DNA of 64,000 bases from Raillietiella orientalis (Eukaryota), in assembly GCA_036172245.1 (NCBI GenBank), contig JAYWIR010000018.1:2046001-2110000 (forward strand). The letters run 5' to 3'. Under the pieces are notes generated by a model that did not search any database, was not told the origin of the DNA, and saw only the letters and a program-made list of their open reading frames with translations. This document shows positions 13,729 to 29,553 of the stretch, in pieces; the first letter of the stretch is position 1; each line of letters begins with the position of its first letter. A program made the translations under genes and the position numbers.

Positions 13729-16678
13729 TTATTTCCAAGAATTAGCCTTGTGTTTTGGAAGGAAACTAAAGTTTTCTGGAACCTGCCCTAAGAACATCTC
13801 ACTAAAATAGTAAATGTGATTAACAAGGCAATATAAATATTAACAAAATGGAGTGGAAGATTTTTTTCTTTTTGAATTAACATGCTCAATGTTCATAATG
13901 TAGTTACATTGAAAATTTTACCTACCTTATTCGAATCCAATCTGAACACTTAGAGCTGCAGAATAATGTCTCCAAGTCATCTCTTCCAAAATAAGATGGT
14001 GGTCTTTCATTAAGTTTCTGTGGATATCTCTCTAAAAGGCCCACTGGTATATAACGATACAAAAATGACAACCATTCTAAAAGAAAATGCCGAGTTCTCT
14101 CAACTCCCTAAAACCATATAACAATAACACAATAGATTATGCTGCAAGCTGACATACTACTGATCTTATGTAAAATACAACATTTTTGATGATTATGAAA
14201 AGGCTATTACTGAGGAAGCTACTATCAACAATTGCTACTTTTTATCTGATCAAACAACAAGACGCCATTTCTTTAGAACTCAAAACTTACAGAATGATGA
14301 AACTTTTACAATCTGATTGTCTGCAAAAGCAACTTTGCTTGTAAACAAAATATTCATTTTGTGTATTTTCACAACACATATCATAATTTTTTACTTTTTA
14401 CTGAAAGGCTATGTAATATTATTGTAAAACTCCATTCGTTACATTATTCAATCTCAATAAATTCAATTGCAGAGAAAGAGAAATAAATCAGTTAGCTAAT
14501 TAGTCAAAATTCACCATCAAATGAAATTTACTTCTGTATCACTTCCCCAGAGTTCCAAACCATAATTAACATAGTCTTTGAGTATTCCGAATCTTTCATG
14601 AGAAGAAATATCCCAAAGCCGCTTTTCTTTCAACTCAGTAAAAATCCATGGCTTAATTAATGCTCCTCGCCCAATCATAACACCTGTGTGAAGTATATTA
14701 GTTGCTTCAGTCTGCAAAATGATTAGTTTATTACCAGTTATAGGATAATTCTCCTGATAACACTCATAATCTTGAAAAGAAAAAATATCTCCATTGGCAA
14801 AAAATGGTAGTGGTTTTATCAGTTCTGCACAATGGCCTATATACTCCCAATCTGATTTTTTGGAATAACGCTGTTCTCTGCTACGGCCATGTAATGTAAC
14901 CAAGGACAAACCAAGATCTTTTAATTTAGGCAGAATGATATGAGCAACATCTTTATTCTTGTGAACACCACTACGCATTTTGAGAGTGAGGGGGACAGAT
15001 AAAATCTGGGACATGCTTATACACATGGTTTGCAAAACACCACAACGATTCAATAACCCACTTCCTGCTCCCTAGATTGTAATTAGCATCTAATCTAGGT
15101 GTTTCTACTTATTTACCTTCTTGTAAATTACATCAAGAGGACATCCTGCATTGATATCAACAAAATCAATATCGCAATTTTCTTGAAGCATTTGACAACA
15201 GCGACTCATCACTTCTGGATTGCTACCACAAATCTAGAAAACAGGTATTAATCATAACTGAAAAATAGTGAGTAAAATCACCTGCACACCAAATAAATCC
15301 TCTGAAGAATGTCGGCGCAATAATGCCCATTCCTCAATGTTACCTTGCAAAAGAGAGGATGCCAAAGTCATTTCACTACAAGTTATATCTGCACCAAATC
15401 TTTTACAAATTCGGCGAAAAGGGAGATTTCCAACTGTTGTAAGTGGTGCAAGATATAACTTAGATGACCAATCTATCTATCAATGAAACTTGACTTGACT
15501 AATGTTGAAAAATTAAATACTGCCACCTGTTTCACTTCAGTTTTTGGTGTCCACATTACAGTATCATTCAACGCAGCTTTCTTCCTGTAACTTTGAGTCT
15601 GTGAAAAAATTTGCTGGCTAAAGTTGAAGTCATATTCTTTTTTTCTTAACTTATGCTTTACATCTTTAGAAATCTGATTCACTATCTTACTTTCTACACA
15701 GCTAAACAAATCTGATTTCTTGTTGATTATACTTCTGTTTTGTTTGATGTGTGCATTTCCAAACCTAAATAAATTTTAAGCAGAAACAGTTGTATCAACA
15801 ATCAAAAACTTTCATATCCTACAATTTAGTGTACATTTTGCTTCATGTTTACACAAGAACAGGCTTTATTTCATTCAAATGTTCAAGAATGATCATCATG
15901 TATAGGGTTCAAATAGTAAGATCAACTGAAAACGAAACTATCAATTAAAATTATAACAGAAATTGTTCCTTAATTACAATGCTTTGTGTGAGCTCTAAAG
16001 TCAAAATAGTTCTATGCAGTTCAAGAACCTGCATGATGGATGTATAATTATCTGACAAAACTGGTTTTTTGAAATATGGAAATAAATTCAAATTATTCCG
16101 ATCAACTAAATTAGAGTGAAGTTAATATCTGTTCAATCTGATACCTATGTTAAAGATGGAGAAACACATCATTTACCTACATGATAATCCATATTTGCAG
16201 AAACCAAACTGATCAAACAAATAGCATCTACTATCAATATCCTTTGGTTTATTCTTAAGGAATGCATCAATATTGTGAAGATAAGGACAACTGTCTAATC
16301 CAAATTTACAGAATTCTTCTTCTTCAGTTATACACCACAAACTAGGGCAAAGTTTTTCCTTTTGGGCTTGTTTTATTTGTCTTGGACGATGTTTGTTCAT
16401 ACCTTACATCTACTAATTGTAAATAAAATTTGTAGTGAACACATGCCTGCTAATTTTTTTTTTTTCTTCTGTGGCTCATCATTTGTGTTGGAGTTATATC
16501 TTACTAATGCTGCATCTTTTTCACTTACGTAATCTATATCAGTAGAATGCTGAATGTTAAGGTTAAGGTACCTACATAAGAAATATAAGAAAAAAATTCT
16601 CAAAGCTTTCTTTTACTGTTTTTTGATTCTTGCAATTCCCTCGGTGGAATTATTTGGAGACTGGCTTTCACTAATCAT
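13729..16678 (-). CDS. DUS3L: tRNA-dihydrouridine(47) synthase, DUS3-like (CCCH zinc fingers + FMN-binding Dus domain)
   Basis: Exons 16678-16617, 16571-16447, 16402-16177, 15764-15527, 15476-15282, 15233-15117, 15071-14735, 14683-14532, 14107-13926 and 13801-13729. Motifs include [75 protein letters not shown] and the terminal [11 protein letters not shown]. Confidence 0.96.
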
Positions 16679-17111
16679 TTTTATTTGACCAACTTTACTT
16701 TCTTAATTTATCAAGAACTCTAGATAAATATTCTGAAAAACAAGGGAAAGAAATCATCATGAATGATGAAGCAATGTGGGTATAATAAAGTAACAAGCAA
16801 CAAGAATTTTGTTATATTTTTTAATCTCCTTATAAAGATAAAGGATATTGCAAGAACAATGAATATTCAAATACCGAATCTGTAATAATTTTTTTTTGTT
16901 TCAGCATTGTTCAAAACGGAAGTAAGCTTGAAATCAGTCAGCACATGCAGTTCAAATCTTGCTGACTCTTCTGGAATAACAGAACCAACCCATGTCATGA
17001 GAAAAATGGGATGGTAAATGTAAAGCGATAAATATAGAATAAAGTACTTGTACCAGGACCAAGACCCGAAAGTAGACGAATCGCGTTTGCTACGAATCAT
17101 TATTTGTGCAA

Positions 17112-17287
17112 ATCAAACTGATCATTTCCTCACAGGATCAAAGCAGCTGTGATTCCAAATACTTTTGAATTTAATGTCAAACATGTTTGCATCAATTTGT
17201 TTTAATTCAAATTACATGTTTCGCATAAAATTCAACATTATATGCAATCACACAGCTTTGATCCTGTGATGAAATTATCAGTTTGAT
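17112..17287. mobile_element. MITE-like fold-back element upstream of DUS3L
   Basis: Left arm atcaaactgatcatttcctcacaggatcaaagc is the near-exact reverse complement of right arm gctttgatcctgtgatgaaattatcagtttgat. Imperfect pairing continues inward. No coding capacity. Confidence 0.7.
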
Positions 17288-18580
17288 GTTCACTGTTGGG
17301 GAATAAATCCCTTTTTAGAGTCTATAAAATTTTCTTACAATTCTCTTAATCTACCAAATTTATTCCAAGGAATTTGAAATGATTTCTAAATTCCCAATAA
17401 AGCTCAGCATTTATAACTTTTTTTAGACAATTCACCAGGCTTATCTTGCCGTTTTTAAAACTGAACCACCATGCAGTTCGATACAAATTAGATATTACCA
17501 ATTCTGATAGCATGAAATTATAGCCATTTAATTTCATTCACATTTATTCTTTCTTCAAATAAATTCGATATATAGCATGAAGTTCAAATACTCTTCATAA
17601 TTTCAAAAACAGAATCGTTTCACCACTGTTCGACATTACATAAAAGTTCTTCATGGAGGATTTGATTAAGCGCAAAACTGCACATCATTTTTAGATAACA
17701 TTCTCTATTTTAATGAACTTATCATCTTTCCAATAAATATATTTCCTATTTTCTAAGTGTGCACAAACTGTTCAGATACAAGTGATTACTAACTATGCTC
17801 CCTCAGCTAATCTGAGTTCTAAAACGAAAAATGCAGAAACTATCATTTTCGGTCTTGAAAATAATCCATTAATTTATTTGCATATTCTCTTCAGTTAGAA
17901 GAACGTCTCTAACTTTTAGTAACTGTATTAATTTCATAGTAAATTTTTTATATTAAATATCCAAAAGTCATTCCATTTGTTTATCCTTGCAGTTAGAATG
18001 ACGATATACCACAGTAAAATTTTGTAAAAATCAAAATGAAGCATGCGAGCTCATTCTTTGCCATGAATCGTTGCTGTCATCATCTCTTTTCTCTCGGATT
18101 ATGCAAGACATTCTTGTTCCTCAGAAAGTGGAACTAAATGATCCTTAAATTATGAATAGATCATGATGCTCCCATCAATAAGCTGTAATCTGATTACTAG
18201 TAGTAGTTTTTAGCATATTAGGATAATATAATGAGTGTTTATACAACAGTTGTACTAAATAGCTGCCGAATTTCCTGTGATAGAGACTTCTTGAGATTGT
18301 GGAAATCTCTCAAATGCAATGATCACTTTCCATAACCTCGTGCATCGCTGTTGATGCCATTCATCATTTCAAAAACATTGAAACCTCAAAATCAAAACTT
18401 TTAATATTGAAAGCAATTTTTTTAGATCAACTCATTGCAGGTAATCTCAGATGATCGTATTCCTTCATCAATAAAGTAACCAAATTGATCTTGAGTGGTG
18501 TACATGACCATTTCACGAGTACAGTATGTTTATCTAAGCGTGCTGGAAAATGAAATCACTTTGATGCCCCATTCCACTCG

Positions 18581-18631
18581 TTTCAAAGATGACTATGCAT
18601 AAAATTTCTTTATGCTTAGTCATCTTTGAAA
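18581..18631. repeat. Palindrome, 23-bp arms with one mismatch
   Basis: tttcaaagatgactatgcataaa-atttc-tttatgcttagtcatctttgaaa. Confidence 0.9.
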
Positions 18632-19112
18632 GATTCGTTTGAAATTTAACTTTGTTTTATCACTATGAACCTGTCCTAACTTTTTCCCCCAGATAATCTG
18701 GTTCCAAAGAGCTTTTCTCAATTTATTTGTTCATTTATATTATGTATATTGTCTCCTGTTAAGTAGCTGCTTTTGTTATTCGATTAAATTGATGTGACTC
18801 TCACATAAATAATTTGGAAAATGTGATCTGAATGTGAGAGCACATTCAAGACTTTGTGGTTCTATACAGGCTTATCAGTGTTCATAGATACACTGCTGCA
18901 CTTCAGCAATGAACTGCTGATGTTTCCATTTAAATAGTTATCATCAGATAAAAGACCTGGAATTTTATGCATCGTATATGTCTGTCTATTCAGTTGCTGA
19001 CAGTAATTAACAAGTTAATGATACGTGTAGCTAGGTAATTTCTTATAAGTCATCGTCCTCGTGAGTCATGTTCGAAACGTATTTTTAAAACGAGTGGAAG
19101 GAAAAAAAAATT

Positions 19113-19154
19113 TTTGTTGCCACTGTTTATGAATGCATAAACAGTGGCAACAAA
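19113..19154. repeat. Perfect palindrome, 19-bp arms
   Basis: tttgttgccactgtttatg-aatg-cataaacagtggcaacaaa. Confidence 0.9.
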
Positions 19155-21129
19155 TGATGCCGAAAGTGGAAAAGCATTTCAGTAAAAGAAAACGATAAGC
19201 TGTCTTCCAAAATTATTGAATTTTGTTCAAATCAGACAACTGATGATATTTGCAAACATCCCATCGTGCTGGCTACAAATTCTGCGTGCATGTATTGAAA
19301 TACTTTTGGCATGTCGCTTTTGCTTCCATTTGTAATCATGAAGTTCCTTAAAGTATAGTTTGAAGCCAGCATGTATATTAATAGGAAAGAATTTGTGTTG
19401 CAAAACTTGAGTCATGAAATGTTTAACTTAAATGATTTTATTGATTGCAAGCTCCTGCATTAAACTTGGGATCTTCAGAGCTGTTATTCATTCATTGGTT
19501 AAAAAGTCGATATCTCTGTTGAGTTATGCAACTGTTTGCGTTTTAAAATTATTTCAGGTACAATGTACTTTGTATGAGAATTATATCAAAAAAGTATATG
19601 CAACTATGTGTGGTATCTTTCTCAATGAAATCTGACTTCATTTCCAGCTCAAAATATTTCAGCAGTCTGTACCTATTGTAATCTGTAATAGAATATTCAT
19701 GTTTTGATTCTATCTGTCGCAGAGAAAATTTCACCAACCATATCCTTCCCCCACTTCTTTTTCCAATAGCTTCATTGACTTATTCATTTGGGAAATCGGC
19801 CCATTTATTTATTTGACTAGTACATTGAAGCTAGTTATTTAAGTTTTGGCAATTGGTATGATGCACCAAGGGATGTTAGTGCATAGAATTCTGAGTAAGA
19901 TATAATTGTTTTAGTGATTTCATCCATGCACGTTTGCAAACTTGTTTGGCAGGTAAATACAAATGATAGTGTAGTAGTTTCCTAGAACACTGATTATGCA
20001 CTAAAAGTTGCTACGTTTTTCCTGTCATTTTTCCAAATAAGAGCCTTCCTTCTTTTGGAAACTGTTTTCATACCTTTCTTGCAAAGACCTTGCATGCAAT
20101 ATTGTAATATATGATTTTTTACTGTGTGCATAGCATTGTAATTTATTTTGACTAATTCACTGTTTTCATCTTCAAATGGTTAACAAAGTAAACCATATGA
20201 AATTGAGTGAATTGGAATATTTATACATATTTCACACAATTGGAAAAGCAGATCAATCAAAACATACTTTTGCATACCCTTTGTTTTTTCATTTCTAGAT
20301 GGCATAATTAGCACAACTTTGCCAACTTCTGCCATCAAATTCTTTCCTTTATTTCGAACATTTTGATGGTGTTACATGTCATTTTTGCATAGGTATCCCC
20401 AAAACCTAATTTCACCTGCAGTTCTCTTCCAAGTTCATTTAACATGCATTCATTTCTCCCATTAATTTTAAGTTATTTCTTATGGATAAGAATCCAGTGT
20501 ACTTGAAATTTTCTAATGTGTATTCTGAACCCTAGAAACTGAACTTAATCATGAAAAAAAATTAAAGAAAATACGAATCATTATTAGAAACCATGTGCAT
20601 GAGTTTTATGAAACACGAACTTTTCAGATAGAACTTTTGCTGTTAGCTAACATTGGTTTTCCTATTGCAGACAACTATGTAAAATGAAAACACATGGAAT
20701 GCTGCTTGTTCATAAACAACAGGCAGAACTGTACTAACTGATGTGACTTAGAATGCAAAAGCTTATGTTATTAAAGCTGGTAGAAAAATGAAAAATCTGC
20801 AAACTTCATTTTTAAACTAAAGTTGAATGGATCAAAATGTCTCTTAAATTTAGTTGTATACGTGGGTATACTTTCACTAATCTCCTAATATTCTAATCCA
20901 TTCGAAAAGTAAATTACAGAAACAGAATTTTTAATCAAGAGTGCCTTGTGCTTGCAAAAGACTTCTGCTGCATACTTTCAGCAAAATAGGTATTCTATGT
21001 GCAATCAAATTAATCAAATTAAATACTCGCAACTCATGGCAGCATGCACATGCAAATGCTTCTTCCAATGAATTTAAGAGAAAGTGAAATCCCAAATTGG
21101 AATATTTATCGAGCTCTAAATATCATCTT

Positions 21130-21205
21130 TTTATTTGTACAAAAACAAATAGTATTTTTACCCACTTTAGATTTGCTAGTAATTTTTACATTTACACAAC
21201 ATACA
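21130..21205 (-). promoter_or_regulatory. Probable NUDT21 polyadenylation signal with upstream UGUA motifs
   Basis: AATAAA (minus) at 21130-21135. TGTA (minus) at 21138-21141, 21187-21190, 21193-21196 and 21202-21205. Confidence 0.5.
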
Positions 21206-21660
21206 TACCAGTATGGTTCCCTTCAAAGCTTTAATGGACTTTGTTGTGCTTTGCTTCTTTTTCCCCACTCTTAAATGAAAGTCTACGAAATTTTGCTCAC
21301 TTTACATTGAATCTTGTTCCCCCCCCCCCCCCCACCAAAAAGGTATACAACAAAACTTTCACAAATCTGAAATTTATAGTTTCCCATCATATGGGAAAAA
21401 ATCTGCACTCCTTGCAGACAAATAACCACCGAGAAATAACTGGCGGCATCATTCTCTAGGAGAATCTTCATATTTTCACAGATGTTCAATGCACAGAAAG
21501 TGACATTATATCACTCCTATTGGACACATTCTCTGAGGAATGCAACTGAAATTAACATGAAACACAAGAACCAACATGAAAATATGCCAAATCTTCTTTG
21601 ATGATATAAGTTACTAGCATATTTGTTGGCAGTAGAATCATCAGGGTGTGCTCTCTTATA

Positions 21661-25287
<3,627 letters not shown>

Positions 25288-26311
25288 CAAATTGTTTCCA
25301 AACTATTGTAGTTTAATTACTGAAGTGAGGTTTTGAAATTTTCATATTCGTGTTTTCCATTTGTAATATTTTAAATCAAACAAAAGTCGCTTCAAAAGCT
25401 GCCATCGTAAACTGCCGAGATCATGGATTCATAGAATTACTTTGGATTGGAAACTTGAATCCTCGATTGTTATTCTTCACAGAACAATTACGAGAGTTAA
25501 AGAGTGCTCGTAAAGATTTACGAGCTTTGGAAACTAATTTCTCATTTTCGTACACATTCTCTGAAACAAACAATTCAGAGGTATATGTTTATAAAAACAA
25601 GTATGGACAGTATGACTAAAGTTCGTAGGAGGCATTATTACAATGGACACATGCAGTACCCTTTTGAAGCATTTAGTACAACTTATCAGTACATTCTTCT
25701 ATTGGGGTCTAAACTGAGAACACAGTGCTGCGGAAATTACCACATCACATCAGTTAAGCTGGTTTATTAACATTGACATACACGTAAACAATGAAACTGT
25801 CCACTCACACATGAAACAAGGGCATTTTGGTCATGGAAAATATTTGCAGAAATGGGAATGTCAGCTATGTGATATGATTTCAATCTCTAATTTACTCAGT
25901 GAATGTCAAGTAGCACAATTTGACAAATATGGAACTGTGATTCTAATAGAACTGATATTTACGCTCAGGGATATTTATAAGCACAAAGTGTTTCATAAGC
26001 TTTCTAACTGGAAAGTTTATGAATCAGAATTGAACGAGATTTCTAGTGAGTGTTTGAAATAAAATGAAATTATATTCCGCCGTTAAATTACAATAGAATA
26101 GATTCCCAAATGTAAGGAATAAAAATTACGATTGGTGTTTATCGAAGATTTGTATAGCACCTTGCTAGCATATTTCTTGAGTCTTCTCATACCACGTTCT
26201 TCACTATGTGCATTGATATTTTCTTTAAAGCTTAATCATTCAAGTATCTTAAAATTCAATGCATATATGTTGCCGTTTAAACAAGATAATTAGGAGGACA
26301 AAGTAAGCACT

Positions 26312-29300
26312 ATGAAGTGTTTGTGGAAATGTCCAGCTTTTATCCGAAGAAATCAAAAATTACAGTTGCATTGGAAATTAGGTTAATATTGCACACGATA
26401 AATTAAGAATTTGATGAGTATTTAAAAGTTTATTGTTGACATGTTTATTTTAGACATGACTTTCGAACAAAAAAAAAGAATAAACAGCCATTTGAATGAA
26501 CCGTTAGGTATTTTAATGATAACTGATAATGTTGCATAAGGATCCTGGGATTGTCTAAAACTCTTCTTATAGCAAAGAGTGTTCTATGGTATTTATTTGA
26601 TGTCAATGCCAGACAAGGTATGGCAAGTCCCTCAATATGTATCGGTGTTGATTAGTAATCTCATAAGCATATTTTGAAAAGATTTGGAAGTTTTTTTTTT
26701 GTGTGTGTGTTTTTTCATACCCAACTCTGAAAACTGAAAGTCGTCCCTACCTTCAAAATTGATTTTTTCCATAATGCATTGCAAAGTTTCCAACCCCATA
26801 AGCTACTTCATTTTGTACCATAAGATTCGAGTTTAGGTAGAAACTTATGAAAGAATTATCTCCACTGAGACTTCAGTCATCAAAACGAATAACTACGAAG
26901 CATGGCATCACGTAAGACTTTCCAAGCTATACAGTTTCGTATCTGTTCTTGAGCAGACTAGTGATAACAGATATGTTGGTCGAAGTACTGGAGGAAAAAA
27001 TAAATTCTCATTGAATTGATTTGCCAGCTACTGTACGCTCCTCTTATTTGCATTCTATTGATGATTCCCATTTATATTCTGTTCAAAGATTTTATTTCTG
27101 AGAATATATTGTATCTCAGCTAATAGTTGAACGTCATACCAGGATTATTATTTCCTTAACTTCAAGGAGTAAGTAAAGGGCATGAGGCAGCATGAATTTC
27201 CTGGATCCCACAAATGATTCGTGAGCCATTTACTGGAGACAAGATGGAGAAGATTAGGGGATTATTAGCTTAGCTGATACTTCAAGTGGTAATTTAACAA
27301 AGAGGAAGAAGCCTAGAATAATGAAGACGGGAGAAGGCTTTACGAATTGCTCGCCCTTTTGTCTTAGAAATGAACATTTAAAAATACAGTTTTATTCTTA
27401 GAATGAATAATTTCTGTTGATTTTATTTCAAATCTATGCTAATTTTAATTAGTTAATCTAATAGCATTTTCCTTCCCGTTTGCAATTGACTGTTTGGTTC
27501 CACGACAGCGAATGGTAGTCGAAGTAATTGTAATTTCAAATTATACATTCATTTCAATATGTACACCGATCTTTGAATTTGATGAAGGTCATTGCTCTTT
27601 TTCTGTTAATCTATGTTGAATTTCGTGTACACATAGTGGATTGAAACAAGCTTGTTTCTTAAAGAATTAATGTAGATTCTTGAAGTAATTTTACTGATGA
27701 TGTGTTTTTTTATAGACATTTTTATATTCAATTTTTTATATTCAATATTTCAAAAATCAGTAGTATTATTGCAAGCTTTGTAATCTAAGGGATAATTTCA
27801 GAACAAGAGATGGTGGAAATCATAATGTTGGAATCATAATATGATACGATCAATTCACATTACACCTTATGACAGCCTTAACGAATGGAGATGTGCTATG
27901 AATTCTTCAATGAATGGATCACGAAAAGCTTGTTGCTGATCATACGGACACGGGTTTCCAAGATTATGCACAATAGCAATTATTGAAATTTCTGGTCATT
28001 AACGATATTTATAGTATTTATTTGATATAAAATACTTCCAATGCTTATTCAACTAAGAATAAAAATTTGTCAAACTGCATTTTGAAATAGCAAGATTTCC
28101 TTTAAAAGTTGGAGATCTTTTCGAATGTGTGGAATCGTTGAGTTGATAGCTTGTTGAATTCTCAAGAATCAACACGAATGCGCCTTTTTAAGAACTCTCA
28201 AAAATTTTTATCGATTCAAATTGAGGAGGAAAATTAATTTTTACTCAAGACTTATGATAGAAAGCACAGCATACCTTGCGAAGATTTTAGCTTTAATTTA
28301 AATGTCACAATAGTTACAGCGAAAATCATTCTGCTCAGGAAAATTTGTTTGAGCTTCTTAATTTACGGTCTTTATGTCAGTCATTGATTTTTGTAAGCAT
28401 GAGATGAATTTACTTTCCGATACACTTTCCGATATTATTAATACCATAATGGCACCCCAGGTTTCCTAGTTTGAATTCACCAGTTTAGAAAAGAACACAT
28501 TTAAGATGCTTTTGTGTAGCTTGCCTGTGGCAGACGCGGATCTGAATGAAAGTCAGTTCAAAGCAGTCGCGTCTGAAGACCAGTGTTGAACACATTTCTT
28601 TCCTCCAAGCAATTTCGTCCAAACATTTGATCTCCAACACTAGTTCCTTGCAGAAATATGTTTTAGAAGGATTGCAGTTATTTTTTATCAGCTTTTCACG
28701 AAAGCTAATGAGGAGATTTTCACGAATTTTCATGTGAAGAACGAAATCTTAAGAGATTCTGGGAGCTGTATGAGAGTTTATTTGGCTTGCTATTGTATAG
28801 AGTTATTTAAGCACTTGTGTGGAATGTTCGAATTGAATTGGCTTAGAGAAAAATATTTTATTAAAGGAAAAGTCTTAACATTGGATTTTAAAATCGCAAG
28901 TGGTCAAACCGGGGTAACATCATTTCATGTATGGCCATATTTTGTCGTGTTTAGGAGTAGTTGTGTGTGATGTATGGATTTAAGTGCAACATTTTTTTTT
29001 TTTTTTTACAAGTATCTCCTTAAATTGAAGTTCTGTTCTTCATGTATTTTTTCTTTCTGTAATACGAAGTATTGTAATATGGTATTTACTTACCTTATCT
29101 CCATGTTTGTTTTGTTTTTGATGATTGATGCTGATTGCCATGAAATTAATTTATAAGAGAAAATAATAGACTTTAATAATGATTGTGAAGTAAGCAGTGT
29201 TTCTTAATTATACTGCAGATTCTCTAGCAGATTTTTGTGTCTTAACATAAAAGAGAATAGCTTAAACAAGGAACATAAGTTTAGGATTTCTATTTTCAGG

Positions 29301-29553
29301 GGGAAATGGACATGAGAAACAAACAGTATCCAAAAAACGGGAAGTGTTTTTAACCTTATAATTAATAAAAGACTTGACATCTAGGCCATGTAAATCATGT
29401 GGCAAGCAGAGCAAATTTCTTGTCTGTTACCAGCAGCAAAAGTAGACCACATTATGGTTTTCAGAAATGGAAGCTAAATGGAGAATAAGAACTTTTTCAT
29501 CACAAACTGCCATAGATATGTTTCAAAATGTTGTTATGGAACAAGTCTCATGA
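26312..29553 (+). CDS. Hypothetical 4-exon ~85-aa ORF in the DFFB leader (uORF/microprotein candidate)
   Basis: Candidate exons 26312-26381, 26454-26507, 26573-26617 and 29465-29553, joined by GT-AG phase-1 introns, stay open and end in TGA inside DFFB exon 1. No recognised homologue. Confidence 0.3.

Noticed and set aside
14185..14254. C/D box snoRNA-like TGATGA...CTGA
   Set aside because: Antisense to the host intron, the terminal stem overlaps the boxes, and there is no convincing rRNA guide.
19540..19860. piggyBac-like words (YWKKKWG..IFSAT) on the minus strand
   Set aside because: A single short motif among many stops; no terminal repeats found.
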